Of a DNA stretch of 64,000 nt, positions 1 through 11,586 are shown piece after piece. Location: assembly GCA_010093815.1 (NCBI GenBank), contig ML996566.1, one strand, 5' to 3'. The notes beneath the pieces are model-generated. The model saw only the letters and a list, made by a program, of their open reading frames with translations, ran no database searches and was not told the DNA's origin. The stretch's first letter is position 1. The number at the start of each line of letters is the position of its first letter. The DNA is from Pseudovirgaria hyperparasitica. Its lineage: Eukaryota. Made by a program: the position numbers and the translations under genes.

Positions 1-480
1 CTTCCATCTCTCATCCCGCTCACGAAGCTTCCTCCAATTCTGCAAGAATGCAATCGAATCCTCTGCCCCGGAGGCGTGATGGAGGTTCGAATCGTTCCTC
101 CATCCCCGAAAAAAGAGACAATGGGGCCTAAAATGACTGAATGGATGAATGAACGACTGCTCATTAGCCTTGAACGTTCGTTTCGATCCTTACGACCTGC
201 ACTGTCCATGCCAGGATGGCTCAAAGGCGCCGGTCTCATAGTGCAGCAACCTACGCAGGTCGTAAAGCTTCCGGCAGCGACCGATCCAGCGACAGAAGAC
301 GTTGACAATGTCCTAGCAGCGCATATCGCACGGACCATGTGGGCTGACACTTGGGGTCAGCATATGGAGGATCGCCAAGACCAAGATCGTTGGTGGTGGC
401 AGAGTGAAGAGATCGTGCAAGAGTGTGTTCAGTACGGTACAGTCTTCGAATTCGAAACCCTACTGGCGATCAAACAATGA
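1..480 (+). CDS. 3' end of a gene starting before the window; SAM-dependent methyltransferase-like fold protein
   Basis: Frame is open from position 1 (LPSLIPLTKLPPILQECNRILCPGGVMEVRI...) to TGA 478-480. 'LQECNRILCPGG' resembles the class I methyltransferase post-II motif (L.E..R.L.PGG). Confidence 0.55.
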   Translation, partial: LPSLIPLTKLPPILQECNRILCPGGVMEVRIVPPSPKKETMGPKMTEWMNERLLISLERSFRSLRPALSMPGWLKGAGLIVQQPTQVVKLPAATDPATEDVDNVLAAHIARTMWADTWGQHMEDRQDQDRWWWQSEEIVQECVQYGTVFEFETLLAIKQ

Positions 481-3400
481 TGAACGTCCATCACGGTCGA
501 CTTAAGAGCCACATTCGGTTGTTCAATAATTACTTTTGCGGCGTACACATGGGAATCACTCAGGGTTATGTCTGCATTCTTTGAGATATCCGCCACCGGC
601 GCACATTATTTGACAGTTGAAGGTTGCATAGTTAGCAACTTCACTAATAGCGAGTCTTGCGCCTGTCCCTTATAAGTTGCATCTCTAACCTATGTCATCA
701 ACTAATGGCCAAATATGGACTTCTGTCAGCACTAGCGGTATACTTTTATCACGTACAGACGCTCGTTATCGTTCTTTGCCTAATCCTCGCGAGAGGCACG
801 CACTCCTGTACTACGCGCCAGCACCAGCAAATGGTAGTAAAATCCCGGGTGGTCCATGGTGAGCGGCTGAGGCCAGACCGTAGACAGTCGAGCATTGCCA
901 AACGTCTGTCGATTGTCGCTGGTGGCACTCCAACAAGAAGTTCTGTAGGATGCATATCCATCATTGTCGCATGTACACATCGTAGACTCCATCTTTCGCG
1001 TATAACTGCCTTTGTAAATCTGGATTGCTTCATGCAGTGGGGCTATGATGGCTATGTCATATTTGCACACATAGGGTTAGAAATAGATGGGAGAAGAGAC
1101 CAGCTGGGCAGTCTGTCCAGTTGTTGCGGTGTGTAACGCTATCCATGTATCTGCTTGGTATAGAGTAGTGGCGAATTAATTGATAGCCTTAACCACTTCG
1201 TTCCCATTCTCGTCTTTCTACTAACGATCACAACTCCAATCACTTGTGATAGTCACCACCATTTTACGATCGCCTTCTCTAGACGGATCTTCGACAACGA
1301 CCTGTTCAGTCTCACCGAGAGCAAGGGGCAGGACCCCAATCCAGCCTCGCCAGCCCAGCAGCCGCAAGACAGGTTGACAGGGCATGCCTGGGGTCGGGGA
1401 CGGCTCGTGGACGGCCACTAAACGCTTCTAGGGAGAAAGTCCCGTGAAGATCTTCAAGATCTGCCGTAGTTAACAGTCTAACTGAAACCCTACGAGGCTC
1501 GTTCTTCTAACTAAGTGGTAGCACTTTGAACACGACGACAAGTAGAAGACTGCAAGATTGAACTGAAATGCTGGAGTACGAGAAAGAGATTAGCTATACT
1601 ATGAGCTAATTCCCTCCACCTGTCTCCCTTCATCTATCCCAAGCATTGTTATCCATACATGTTTGTTGTGTGCGAGAAATTCAAGGCTGGTGTTTTAGCA
1701 GGCCCAGGGGCTGTTGGCACGTTGACCCTACCCGGGGCGGGGGGCCCAGGGTGCCTGTTGATCGGCACAGCCGCGGCAGTTGCGCCGCCGTTGTACGACC
1801 ACCGTCGGCTTTCCTGGCGCAGGTCTACAGTATACTAAAAGCGGGCACAGGTCCGAGGCTGTTTTAAGAAAATGAACGTTGGAGTCAAGAGCGGTGAGTC
1901 TTGTTTTTCCTCACCTCCCTTTCGACGAGAGCCGTTGTTGTTATTACAAGCGGGGGGATAGTGGATGGGTGAGTTGTGTTGAATGCGACTGCAACTGCAC
2001 TAATACAATCAAACCTCGTTGTTACGATATTCTTTATAACGACAGACTCGGTATAACGATACAATTCTCGGAAACGAGATCGAGAGTTTACTAGTAGATT
2101 AGTTCGTTCTAACGATATGCTCGTCATAACGATGCGTTTGACGTGGCCGTATTCGTATCGATATAACGGTCTTTGGCTGTACTGTGTGTGTGGGTGGAGA
2201 TGTTTGGATTGGTTATCACGTTATGTGGTTGGATGAACGGGATATACGAGGCTTATACGAGTATGTGCTGCTATTTTGTTTGCGGGCAGGACAGGGGAGT
2301 CAATGACATCGTGTCGCGTGAGGAGACTAACTGACTGGGATCGTGTTGGCACCTTGTACGTGCATAGTCATAATGGACTCTCTGGATCGCAATCGATTGA
2401 CTTCTTCGAGCGAACAAGTGTGGCGTCGTTTCAGTCGAGGAGAACGGTCTCTGAATGCTGCACAGTCAGCGGCCAATGCGCCGTTATAGATAAAACACAG
2501 GCATGATGTCTGGTGTCGGATGGTTCATGTTGAGGCCTTTCGAGGCATGTTGGACTTGTTTCATTGACACGTTCGAGTATGCATAAGGCTGGGACTCTGG
2601 TGACATTGTTTGCACTGTTAGGGTCCACTGGTCCTTGTTTTGGATGTTGTATGCGACACACACACATCTCATAGGCCGATGGAGTAAGTCTATTCGCATA
2701 CCAAGCCATGCCAATCCGGCATCCTCTTATCAGATCACGTTTGCAGGCGGACCCCAGGAACCCAGATACGGGCAGTACGGATGCATGGCGGCAACACAAA
2801 CAGCAGCGAGGCATGCATGGCACAGCCTTCCTCAGCCTTTGCTCGAGAATGTATGTTCCTCTTCTCAGCCATTCGCGTGTCCGCGAGATATCCTCTTTCC
2901 CTGCATTGAGCCAACGTGTTGTGTATTCTCACAACCGCCAAAAGGGCCATAACTGAAAGAACAATTATTCCACATCTTCCAAACCAGCCATGCAAGTAAG
3001 AGACGCCTCCACAACAATCGCTTCCAGACCTAAACCACATCATTAAGCCACACGCCACCGCCACTATTGCTACTACTATCACTGTCGGACGTCATGACTC
3101 ACTATCGTCAAATGAAGATGTGGCGCCAGCTCGCGAACCTCGTGGCTGCGTCCCCAACACGGACTCCGGACGTTCGCTTCGCTTCGCTCCCCTTCCCCCC
3201 TGTAGCGGCATATCCAGCCAAACCGAACCAAACCCAAAAGAGCACTTGCACTCCCTCCGGACGATCAAAAACGCATGCACCCAGCCTTCCATGCATCCAG
3301 TACTTTCGTAGCATTATCTAAAGACATGTCGTCTTCCGCGTGAACTGCGATCGGTCTGGCGGGGTAAAAAGGAAGAAACAAGAAAAGGAAATTGGGATTG

Positions 3401-4893
3401 CTGCAATGCAGAATGTAGACGCATGCGTCAGTATTCTCCGAAGATAGGGGTATCTGATGGGATTGGTTGATATTAGGGGAGGGTCTGGTTCGTGGTGACA
3501 AGCTGGCATGTTTTTTTTTTTTGCTACGCGGATGTGCTTCCGAGAGGACGTGGTCTGGAATGGGCGAGGGTTATGGGGGAGGTTTGTAGGTGGACTTGGT
3601 GAGTGTGGTGTATCATGTATCTGTATGCGATCGAGATGAGTGTTTGGGGGGCATAGAGGTCCGGACTCGGCGCTGTGTCGTGGCACGAATATGTGCTCTC
3701 GAGGCCCTCTCTCAAGGGAATGTGGAGGCTGGAGGCTGGAGGTAACTCCGTGTTTTCCTCTCACTATATGGGAAAGGGATTGCGTGTGCATGCACGAGGT
3801 GTGTGTTCTGCATGGGGTATCTTCATTCGGCAAATACGTGAGGAAGCTCACCAACGACCACTTGGTGACGACTATGAGATCTCTCTCTCTCTCGTAGGGC
3901 CGATTGAGTATACGAGAACCCGGATATTCTTCATCAACAACTGTCAAGACAGGGTCACACCCTTACCAATATGGCATCGTGCTCACTTTTCCTCAAGTGC
4001 CGATATTATCACCACGCACACGCTTGTCACACAGATCACAATCTCGCTGGCCCATGAGTAGGGGCCATCTGTATACGTATGACCGTGGAGGAACATGACA
4101 GAAGAGTGCACTTCAGAGAGACTTCTAATAATGATAGCATCATCATCACCATGCAGAACGATGAACCCCCCCAATCCCCGCTCTAGACCAGACAATAGCC
4201 TGACTGAGAGCGTGGTAATTATCACTATTCACCCGAACTTACAAGCATTCATCACACGGGACTATCCGAAACCTGCAGTAGTTAATGTCTGATCTACCTC
4301 TAGCATTAGTCCCTGGCTGCTGCCGGTGAACGATATCATCTAACACTGAGATGGGAGTGTCAGATGTCATATGGGCAGATGTCCAACATCAGATGCAGCG
4401 CTTGTATCTGATCTGGCCTGTCTACCGAGAGATGACATGTGCCAAACCACCACGGAACGAGCCGCACGAACGCAGCCTGGCCGGCCTGTCAGCACCCGAC
4501 CGACGACTATCGATCGATATCACATTTGACGATAGCTTCTTGGCCTTGACATGTCAGTCTACATTAGTAGCCAGAAGAACACGTCATGTGCGAATATTCC
4601 AAAGTAGGCATTTGGGCATCCTTGAACACGGTAGTTTTGTCATGGTGTTTTTCGGATGTTGTTTTGTTATGCATGCGGTGTCGGTTGATGCCCGGAATGA
4701 ACCGAAAGCGAGACTTCATTGGTTGGCTCCCCTGTTGGACACGAACAATACCATCTACTTGCACACATGTCACACACACACCGTTACGTGTGCGCAATTG
4801 TAGCTAGCAGTTGAGCTAGCGACACATGGACATCCTTCCTTCCTTCACTCACACTAATAACAAGATCGAGTTTTGTCCCGTTTGAATCTTCCT

Positions 4894-4941
4894 ATGCACA
4901 CGCACATACACACGCGGACACGCGGACGCGCGCGCTCGTGC
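4894..4941. repeat. Alternating purine-pyrimidine (CA/CG) tract
   Basis: atgcacacgcacatacacacgcggacacgcggacgcgcgcgctcgtgc. Similar tracts occur at about 5116-5129 (gtgc)n and about 6300-6312 (cg)n. Confidence 0.6.
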
Positions 4942-7076
4942 AACCCAGCAACAAAAATTTATTTAATCATTTGATCTGATCCATCCGATGAGTTGATTGG
5001 GTCCCAGCAGTATATCATTCTTCCCAATCTAGTCTAGCGGCCCATCTCCGCACAAATCCGCGTCCCTTTGCTTCTGACTAAACCTTCTCCCAAGCTGTCA
5101 ATTGGGTATATGTCCGTGCGTGCGTGCGTCGTCTTCGTTAAACTTAGATAATCGACTCCTCATCATGTCTGTTATTTAATAAAACTGTGATCTACAGATT
5201 TATGTCTTTGTTTTTTTTTGGATTGCTAAGCTCAGCGCAGCTCAGCACAACCCACTCGACATGAGCAAAGAATTGTGCCCCCTGGGCCGAGCAGACAACT
5301 CGCACCTGCAAGCACATGCCAGTTTGCGCCTCAGGGGTAAATGCGATGCCAAGCACCTATCAGCAACACACCACCATAGCCAATAACCTAGCTATCGAGT
5401 AGTGTGCCTTACCCCTCACTCATCATTATCACGATCAGCGGCAGCAGCACTATCGTCGTCCACGAGCAAACAGATGCTGTACGCCCCGTCACAATCTGGA
5501 CTGCGGCGTAGTCGTTCTTGTCATCGTCGTCTGCATCTGCTGCATCTGAATCTCATCTCTGTCTCGGTCGTTCGTAGCACGCAGTACCAGCTTCTGGCCT
5601 CGGCGGATCGCGCCGGTGCCGATGTGAGTCCCGGGCTCGGGAATTGATGAGATGGCAGAACGAGCATGGTGTGATGAGGACGTTGACGAGGATGAGTATG
5701 AGGATGATCCTGATGGGTCTGCTGCTTACACTCTGCGCCCGGGTTGAAAGTGAAAAAATGACCGTGAGTTCGGTAGCCGGGTTGCTAATAATACCAGATA
5801 TATACTTTGTAGCGAGCAACAATGCTGAGCTGGGTGAATTAATAGACTTTCGTGCACGCTGGAACATCCCAAACAACCGTCCACTCGTCCATCCACTGTC
5901 CAAGCTGTCTCGTCGGTCCGTAGAAACCCCTCTCCTAGAACACTAAAATGAACTTAAATTTTTTTTTCTCTCCAACGTTCAACAAGTACGCGTGTCTCTT
6001 TCTCTCTCTTTTAGACACACACTAATAATATGCAAGGCGTGACATGGCCTGACCTGCTCCCGTCGTCTGACGAGGGCCTAATTAGGCGTCCTCACTCAAT
6101 GAATCACTCACGGCTTATGCCGCCTTTCCAAATCTGTAATTCAATTCAATTCCCGTCCCTCATCAGCCCATCTAAAGACTGCGGGGGTGCGTGTCGTTCC
6201 TGGTGTTCGGGTCCAGTAAGAAAAGTGCTGGCCAGCACTCCCATGCTTGCTTCCTCGTTCTAATCAAAAAGGTCCGATAGGGCTGACCGGTCGATCTCCC
6301 GCGCGCGCGCACGGAAAATGAACACACAGATGAAAAAGTTGTGTCAATCATAAGAAGTCACTGATCGCTCGCTAGCAAGATGAGGAGAGAGAGAAGAGAA
6401 GAGAGACCGGATATCCACGGGACGGGTGAATCTTTTGGTGCATGTCTTTTCTTGGGAGGGGGACGGGGGGTGGGCAAGGTGGAGATCGAGACGGGACCTC
6501 TTGAATTGGGGTGGATCTTCTGCGATAGGAGATCATGGCAATTTGTTTATGCGATTGTGTTATACAGGAAAGGAGGTGGAGAGGGCTGTCTCTCTCCTAA
6601 GAAGTTGTGACACGACGGCGGTCATCTTGAGCGATGAAATCCTAGCAGACATGCTGCTCCTATGCCTGTTGTATATGAATGAAACGCTCCAAATCCGTCG
6701 GACTTCTTCCTACGAAGTGATCTCGCTCGCTCCGCTCCTCGCCGACAAATACCGTATTTCACCATTGTCTCACAAGTATCCACCTATGATGAACTGTTTC
6801 TTCCTTCCGGAGACTCCGTCCCGAGACAACTTTTGATATGCCCTCCTAGGTAGACTGTTATCTAGGTAGCATTATCGCACTTATGCTGTGTCTTCCTATA
6901 AAAATCTTCCTTGCTACTACGTCGCTAGGATGCCGTATAGTTCGAAACAGCTAAAGAAGTTGAGGATTTCTCTACCCTTAAAGTATCATGTTTAGTGTAG
7001 CCAGTATTGGGTGTTTCCGGCCATTTTAAGATCACTTTTTCATACCAATCAAACCCGTCCGTACGCAAGAGACTCT

Positions 7077-8618
7077 CTACGTTGTGCTGGATGCGCCGAT
7101 GATGCGTAAACCAGAGTCGCTCGTGTATGCCAGGACATAGCGATGCGGATGCCATTGCACACACGGACTCGGCCAGTTCGTGTCGATGCTATGCACGTAC
7201 TCTCCAGTCTCTGCATGTGCAATGTCCAGTCCTGTACCCTCGTCGCTGCCGCCGACCACATAGCTACCGTCAAAGCTGAAACTCACGCTGGTGACCGGTC
7301 CTACACTCCTGTCAAGCTTGCGTACACAGACCCAATCTTGTGTGTCCCAAAGTGTGATGAGCGCATCTGAGCCTCCTGTAGCCAGGAGTGTAGCCGGTGG
7401 GTTGAGGGAATGGGAGAGGAGAGGAGACGTATGTGCGCGGAGAGTGTGCAGTTTTGAAAGGTCAGGGTATCTGTGAAGGGTCAAGGCACCCGTTGTGCTA
7501 CAGAGTAGAAGAGATGGATTGGTTGTAGAGTGGGTGAAGGAGAGTGAGGATACGGGTGTCTCGCAATTCAGCGGTGTTGAGGGCGTAAGCGTGGATCGAG
7601 GAACTGGTATCAACGTGGAGGACGTCTCAGTGTCCTAAGACATTAGGTTCAGAATTGTGTCGCGTGTTAGGAGAACTCCTGCATGAGCACTCACCCTCGC
7701 CTGCCTTCCTATAATCAGCTCTCCTCCATCTGGCTTCCAAGCCAGCAGATCTATGCCTCCGATGTTGGGCTTTATCTCCACGATGCTCTCCTTTCGTCTC
7801 ACATCCCAGAGCCTCACCGTGCCATCTGCACTGCAGCTTGCCAATTCACTCTCATGCGTCGGGTTAAACTCGACTTTTTCGACCGGACCACTGTGACCTC
7901 GTAGCTCGGTACTGTATTTGACATTCGTGCGTTCTGGATTCCATATTCGAAGGGTTCGATCGGCCGCTCCAGTCGCGATCAAGGTTCCCAGCGCATTCCA
8001 GGATATGGTTCGAATGGCATGCGACGGTGGTGGTTGACGTGTCAAGGGTGTGTCAACGTAGGTGCTGGTCCTGAGCTTGCTGAAGATTGGCACAAACTTC
8101 TCTTTCAGCAGTGGCTTCTGGCGCGCAGGAGCCATGCCCACCTTGTACTCAAGAAGAGTATGAGGCTCGGAGGAGCAGCTCGTGGGCTCGGGTGGACTGG
8201 CAGATGGTTTGTCTGTAGCTTCTTCTCCAGTGGCAGGCTGCCCACGTCGTGCCGGCTTGGACTGCGATGCAATATGTGACTGTTTCTTTGCAATTACACC
8301 TTGCTCAGCTACCAAGACTTTGATTCTGCTGCGTAATTGCTGGAGTTCGTCTTCTCGTGCAGCTCGTTTACTAGCTTTTCCCGCCAGGACACCAGAGCTC
8401 GAGGGTGGGGTTGGAAGAAGCTCGTCTCTAGTATTAGCCGACTCCTCATGCTTTACAACACCATCATTGCGAATTGCTTGAACTTCTCGTGAGTTGACCT
8501 TAGTATTACTGTCAGGCTCTGATACGCCTACTTCCTGGTTCCGCGTGTCATTGTTGATTTTGTCCCTCAAAGGATCTTCGTCGCTGCCCCGATCGTCGTC
8601 TATGATGCTTGATGCCAT
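7077..8618 (-). CDS. THOC3: WD40-repeat protein, THO/TREX complex subunit 3 (Tex1/THOC3); 2 exons (8618 or 8135..7695; 7634..7077)
   Basis: WD40 repeats (IRTISWNALGTLIATGAADRTLRIWN, LRGHSGPVEKVEFNP, SCSADGTVRLWDVR, GGSDALITLWDT, SFSFDGSYVVGGSDE, WHPHRYVLAY). A phase-0 intron 7694..7635 (GTGAGT...CTAAT...TTAG) joins the two ORFs in frame. Start codon is uncertain. Confidence 0.85.
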
Positions 8619-8997
8619 TTCTGTTGACCACAGCTGGAAATATGGCAATGCGGTGACCAACGAATAGTTGAAGAATGAAGCCAAGGCTAAGTTGATATAT
8701 ACAAGGGATCGACTGCTAGACAAGTGACGAACGATGGGCTGGTATCTTTTGTTTGATTATCACACTACAGTTCTTGGGTTTCACTTCTCAGGATTCACTT
8801 CTTTGAACACGGACAAGAACAGCCCTTTGTCTAATTACTCTTCACTTTTTAACATTCGTTTTAGACACGACGTGCCCAATGATACCTGCGATTCCCGTTT
8901 CACTCACTATTGTTGAGGGGGGATGCCATAACACCTGCAATGCATTTCCACAAACATACCCATCACTACCTGGCTATCAACACAGCTTCTGTTCCTG

Positions 8998-11586
8998 TTA
9001 ACGAGATAAAACACCTCTTACACTGCCATCTAGAATCAAGGACCCCTTAGCCATGAGTTCCATGATACCAGACTCCCCACCACTTCCTACAGTCAACCAC
9101 TTCTGCAAGAGATCGTTGCTCTCCTTCGGTTTGATGTTTGGTTCCGCAGTGCCAATAGTGATATGCGCGAGCGCATTGACAGTCTCAAACTTAACGTCTC
9201 CCTCATTCTGGAGTCGAGCTACAAAGCACATAACTCGATTGTCCCATACAAGACGTTCGAGCTGAACTTTGCACCTTCCAAGTTCAGGTTCGGATGCTGG
9301 TGCATCGCTATTCGGCAGCTGACCAGCTATCGACTTATTCCAGGCTTCAGAATGGAGCCTACCGAGCTTCGACCAGCTATCTGTATGTTGGCTTGAAGCG
9401 GCCTTGTGGATAAGGGTGACGTGAAACTCGTTTTGCAAGCGGCGAGTTTCCTTAAGGTGGTTGTAGAATCGTGCCGTCTCAGGGTCGACATCACGAAACA
9501 TGGCGTCGAGAATGGCTTTGACTCGACTGTTAGGAAGCCGAACTGCAAAGAACTCTAGCTTCGGCTGCTTTGGTTTAGACATGGAGCTATTCTGCTGTTG
9601 CTGTTTGTTCTTTGGGCCTCTGTTGCCTCCTCTGCTTAGGTCCTGCTTCACTTCTGGTTTGTAGTCATCGAGCGCACTGTCAATTGCAGCGTCAAGCTCG
9701 TCAGCCGAGGGCATTCTAGTGAACAGTTTCGGGTATCTCGAGCTAATCTGGGTAACAACTGTTTCCAAATTCTCCCGCGAGCTCGCTGTAACGTCCAGGT
9801 CAATCACCAAGTCAAAAGCGTCATCCGGTGATTTGGTCGTGTCGATCGGCTGGAACCGATGCATGAAGCCGTCCATGATACCAATGATCTCGGCTGGGTC
9901 CTTGGATGCTGCTTGGATTGTCTGATGATTGTCACCGCGTCCAAGCACTCTGTCCTGCATGACTCTTCTGATCTGGTCGTAGTTTCCACGGTCATGAACC
10001 CAATGCAAAGCGACAAAACGGGCTTCAGGTATCACCCGGGAAACATCATCTATAATCTGAGCTCGCTCACGTTCTTGATGGTTGTTACGGTCTGCAATCA
10101 TAACCCCACTGTCGACGACCCCGTTGCAAACTGCCGTGGCAAAACGCTGTGGCCTGTTGCCTTTCCCTACAACGTTATCATTCTGAAAATGTCCCCAGCC
10201 GAACAATTTCACCAAAGCTAGAGCTACGGTCGTCTTTCCACAGCCTATCGTTGCAATGGGAACTAATATGACATTGCCTTGCACATCTTTCGCATCTGGT
10301 CTTTCTTCCCCGGATTCGATCTCCTGGCGAATGATATCAGATCCTTTCTGGCCGAGTTCTGTCAGGAAGTCATCTCGCATTTTGATGATACCGTGGTTCT
10401 GATTGTAGAGCTTAGCGAGACCAGGTTGCTTGGCGAACTGCTTCCGTGCGAAGATGAGATACTTTTCGGTGACTTTCTTATGCTTTTTGTACCTTGGTTC
10501 TTTGCCGGCAATGATGGCTTTGGTGCATTCCCGCCACTGTCGGTACATCAAATATGGCTCCTCAAACTTATATTTGAAGAACCAATCTTCCCATGGCGCA
10601 TTTGGAGATTCCCTAGCCTGACAGCGGATGACGAACCCCTCAGTGTCGCGGCCATCGTAATTCCCTGTCTCCGCAACATGTTCCAGGAAAGTTTTGACAT
10701 GGCCAATGTTGTTCTCCATGACATACATTGTCTTTCTGAACCCCCATTCTTCCGCAAACTTGTCGACGTGATGCCCAGGATAAGTCGCAAACTCTGGCAC
10801 GTTCAAATTGACTCCATGCAGGTACAGCCCAGCCGCGTCTGGTGCGTACTCAAGCACGTGCTCTTCGAAATCGTCATCGCAGAGTTCTGCTACAGCCGTC
10901 ACATTCAATTGGTGCAACCTCCGCGCGAGCTCTTCTTTTGTCTTTCCCACGCTTGTCAGATGCCTCTCCACCCACTTCTCACCCGCAGCGGAATGGCTGA
11001 CGGGAAGGTCTGGTCGTGCGCCAGTGGAGTGTTTGCTACAGACGAGTAGCGAGCCATCGTCCAGCCCTGAAATGAATATTATGCACCCATTCTCTTTCAC
11101 ACTGAGCTCGTAAGGTCCTTTGGTGTTCAACTCGACATTCTTCCATTCCGTTTTCTTGACTTCGCCATGATTGAAAAACTTATCGTATCCACGTACAGCA
11201 ATGGCCTGCTTTCCGTCTAGGGTCTGATAGGTGAACAGTCCGCGGGCATAAGTCGGTAGATTTGGTTTCTTGTAGTCCCAGTCTTGCATCCGCCATGAAT
11301 CAACCTTACGGCCACTCGGTAATGTGTACGTGTTCTTCTTCACCGATAATCCTTTCCCTCTACCTCCTTTCCCATGTGCATTGAGAGTTTGTACCAACTC
11401 GAGGATCTCTTGCGGATTCTGGGCGCGATAAGGTACTTGATCGTGGTGCGCCATACTTATGGCAAAGCTGGTAGTAAAGCTCCGAATGTTTGGCAAGTAT
11501 AGAATGCAAGGTTGGGCGGCTTTGGTGCAGCGGCAGGCTTTGAACGGAGTGGAGATTGTGAAAAACTTTGAAGCGTAAACAAGCAT
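8998..11586 (-). CDS. TRL1: Fungal tRNA ligase (adenylyltransferase + polynucleotide kinase + cyclic phosphodiesterase)
   Basis: Intronless ORF of about 860 aa. Ligase motif I (SVKENG), TEGFVIR, FFKYKFEEPY, kinase P-loop (ATIGCGKTT), ADRNNH, and two 2H motifs (HVTL, HITI). ATG at 11586 or 11454. Confidence 0.95.
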   Translation of the reverse strand: MLVYASKFFTISTPFKACRCTKAAQPCILYLPNIRSFTTSFAISMAHHDQVPYRAQNPQEILELVQTLNAHGKGGRGKGLSVKKNTYTLPSGRKVDSWRMQDWDYKKPNLPTYARGLFTYQTLDGKQAIAVRGYDKFFNHGEVKKTEWKNVELNTKGPYELSVKENGCIIFISGLDDGSLLVCSKHSTGARPDLPVSHSAAGEKWVERHLTSVGKTKEELARRLHQLNVTAVAELCDDDFEEHVLEYAPDAAGLYLHGVNLNVPEFATYPGHHVDKFAEEWGFRKTMYVMENNIGHVKTFLEHVAETGNYDGRDTEGFVIRCQARESPNAPWEDWFFKYKFEEPYLMYRQWRECTKAIIAGKEPRYKKHKKVTEKYLIFARKQFAKQPGLAKLYNQNHGIIKMRDDFLTELGQKGSDIIRQEIESGEERPDAKDVQGNVILVPIATIGCGKTTVALALVKLFGWGHFQNDNVVGKGNRPQRFATAVCNGVVDSGVMIADRNNHQERERAQIIDDVSRVIPEARFVALHWVHDRGNYDQIRRVMQDRVLGRGDNHQTIQAASKDPAEIIGIMDGFMHRFQPIDTTKSPDDAFDLVIDLDVTASSRENLETVVTQISSRYPKLFTRMPSADELDAAIDSALDDYKPEVKQDLSRGGNRGPKNKQQQQNSSMSKPKQPKLEFFAVRLPNSRVKAILDAMFRDVDPETARFYNHLKETRRLQNEFHVTLIHKAASSQHTDSWSKLGRLHSEAWNKSIAGQLPNSDAPASEPELGRCKVQLERLVWDNRVMCFVARLQNEGDVKFETVNALAHITIGTAEPNIKPKESNDLLQKWLTVGSGGESGIMELMAKGSLILDGSVRGVLSR

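Noticed and set aside
1072..1080. TAGGGTTAG (minus strand CTAACCCTA), resembling a telomerase RNA template
   Set aside because: A 9-mer can occur by chance. Only about 600 nt remain downstream on the minus strand before the neighbouring CDS, short for a Pezizomycotina telomerase RNA of about 2 kb, and no pseudoknot or P6.1 element was identified.
657..1136. 159-aa ORF and other 60-210 aa ORFs in the 0.5-7 kb region
   Set aside because: Often non-ATG starts, no recognisable motifs, and overlapping ORFs on both strands, as expected by chance.
1430..1850. GAAAGTCCCG and ACTAAAAGCGGGCACA as possible RNase MRP/P CR-I and CR-V
   Set aside because: P4 pairing is imperfect and the other conserved regions were not found.
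10279..11049. Long antisense ORFs (also 43286-44242, 50156-50995, 51734-52408, 58968-59537)
   Set aside because: They are shadows of well-supported genes on the opposite strand.
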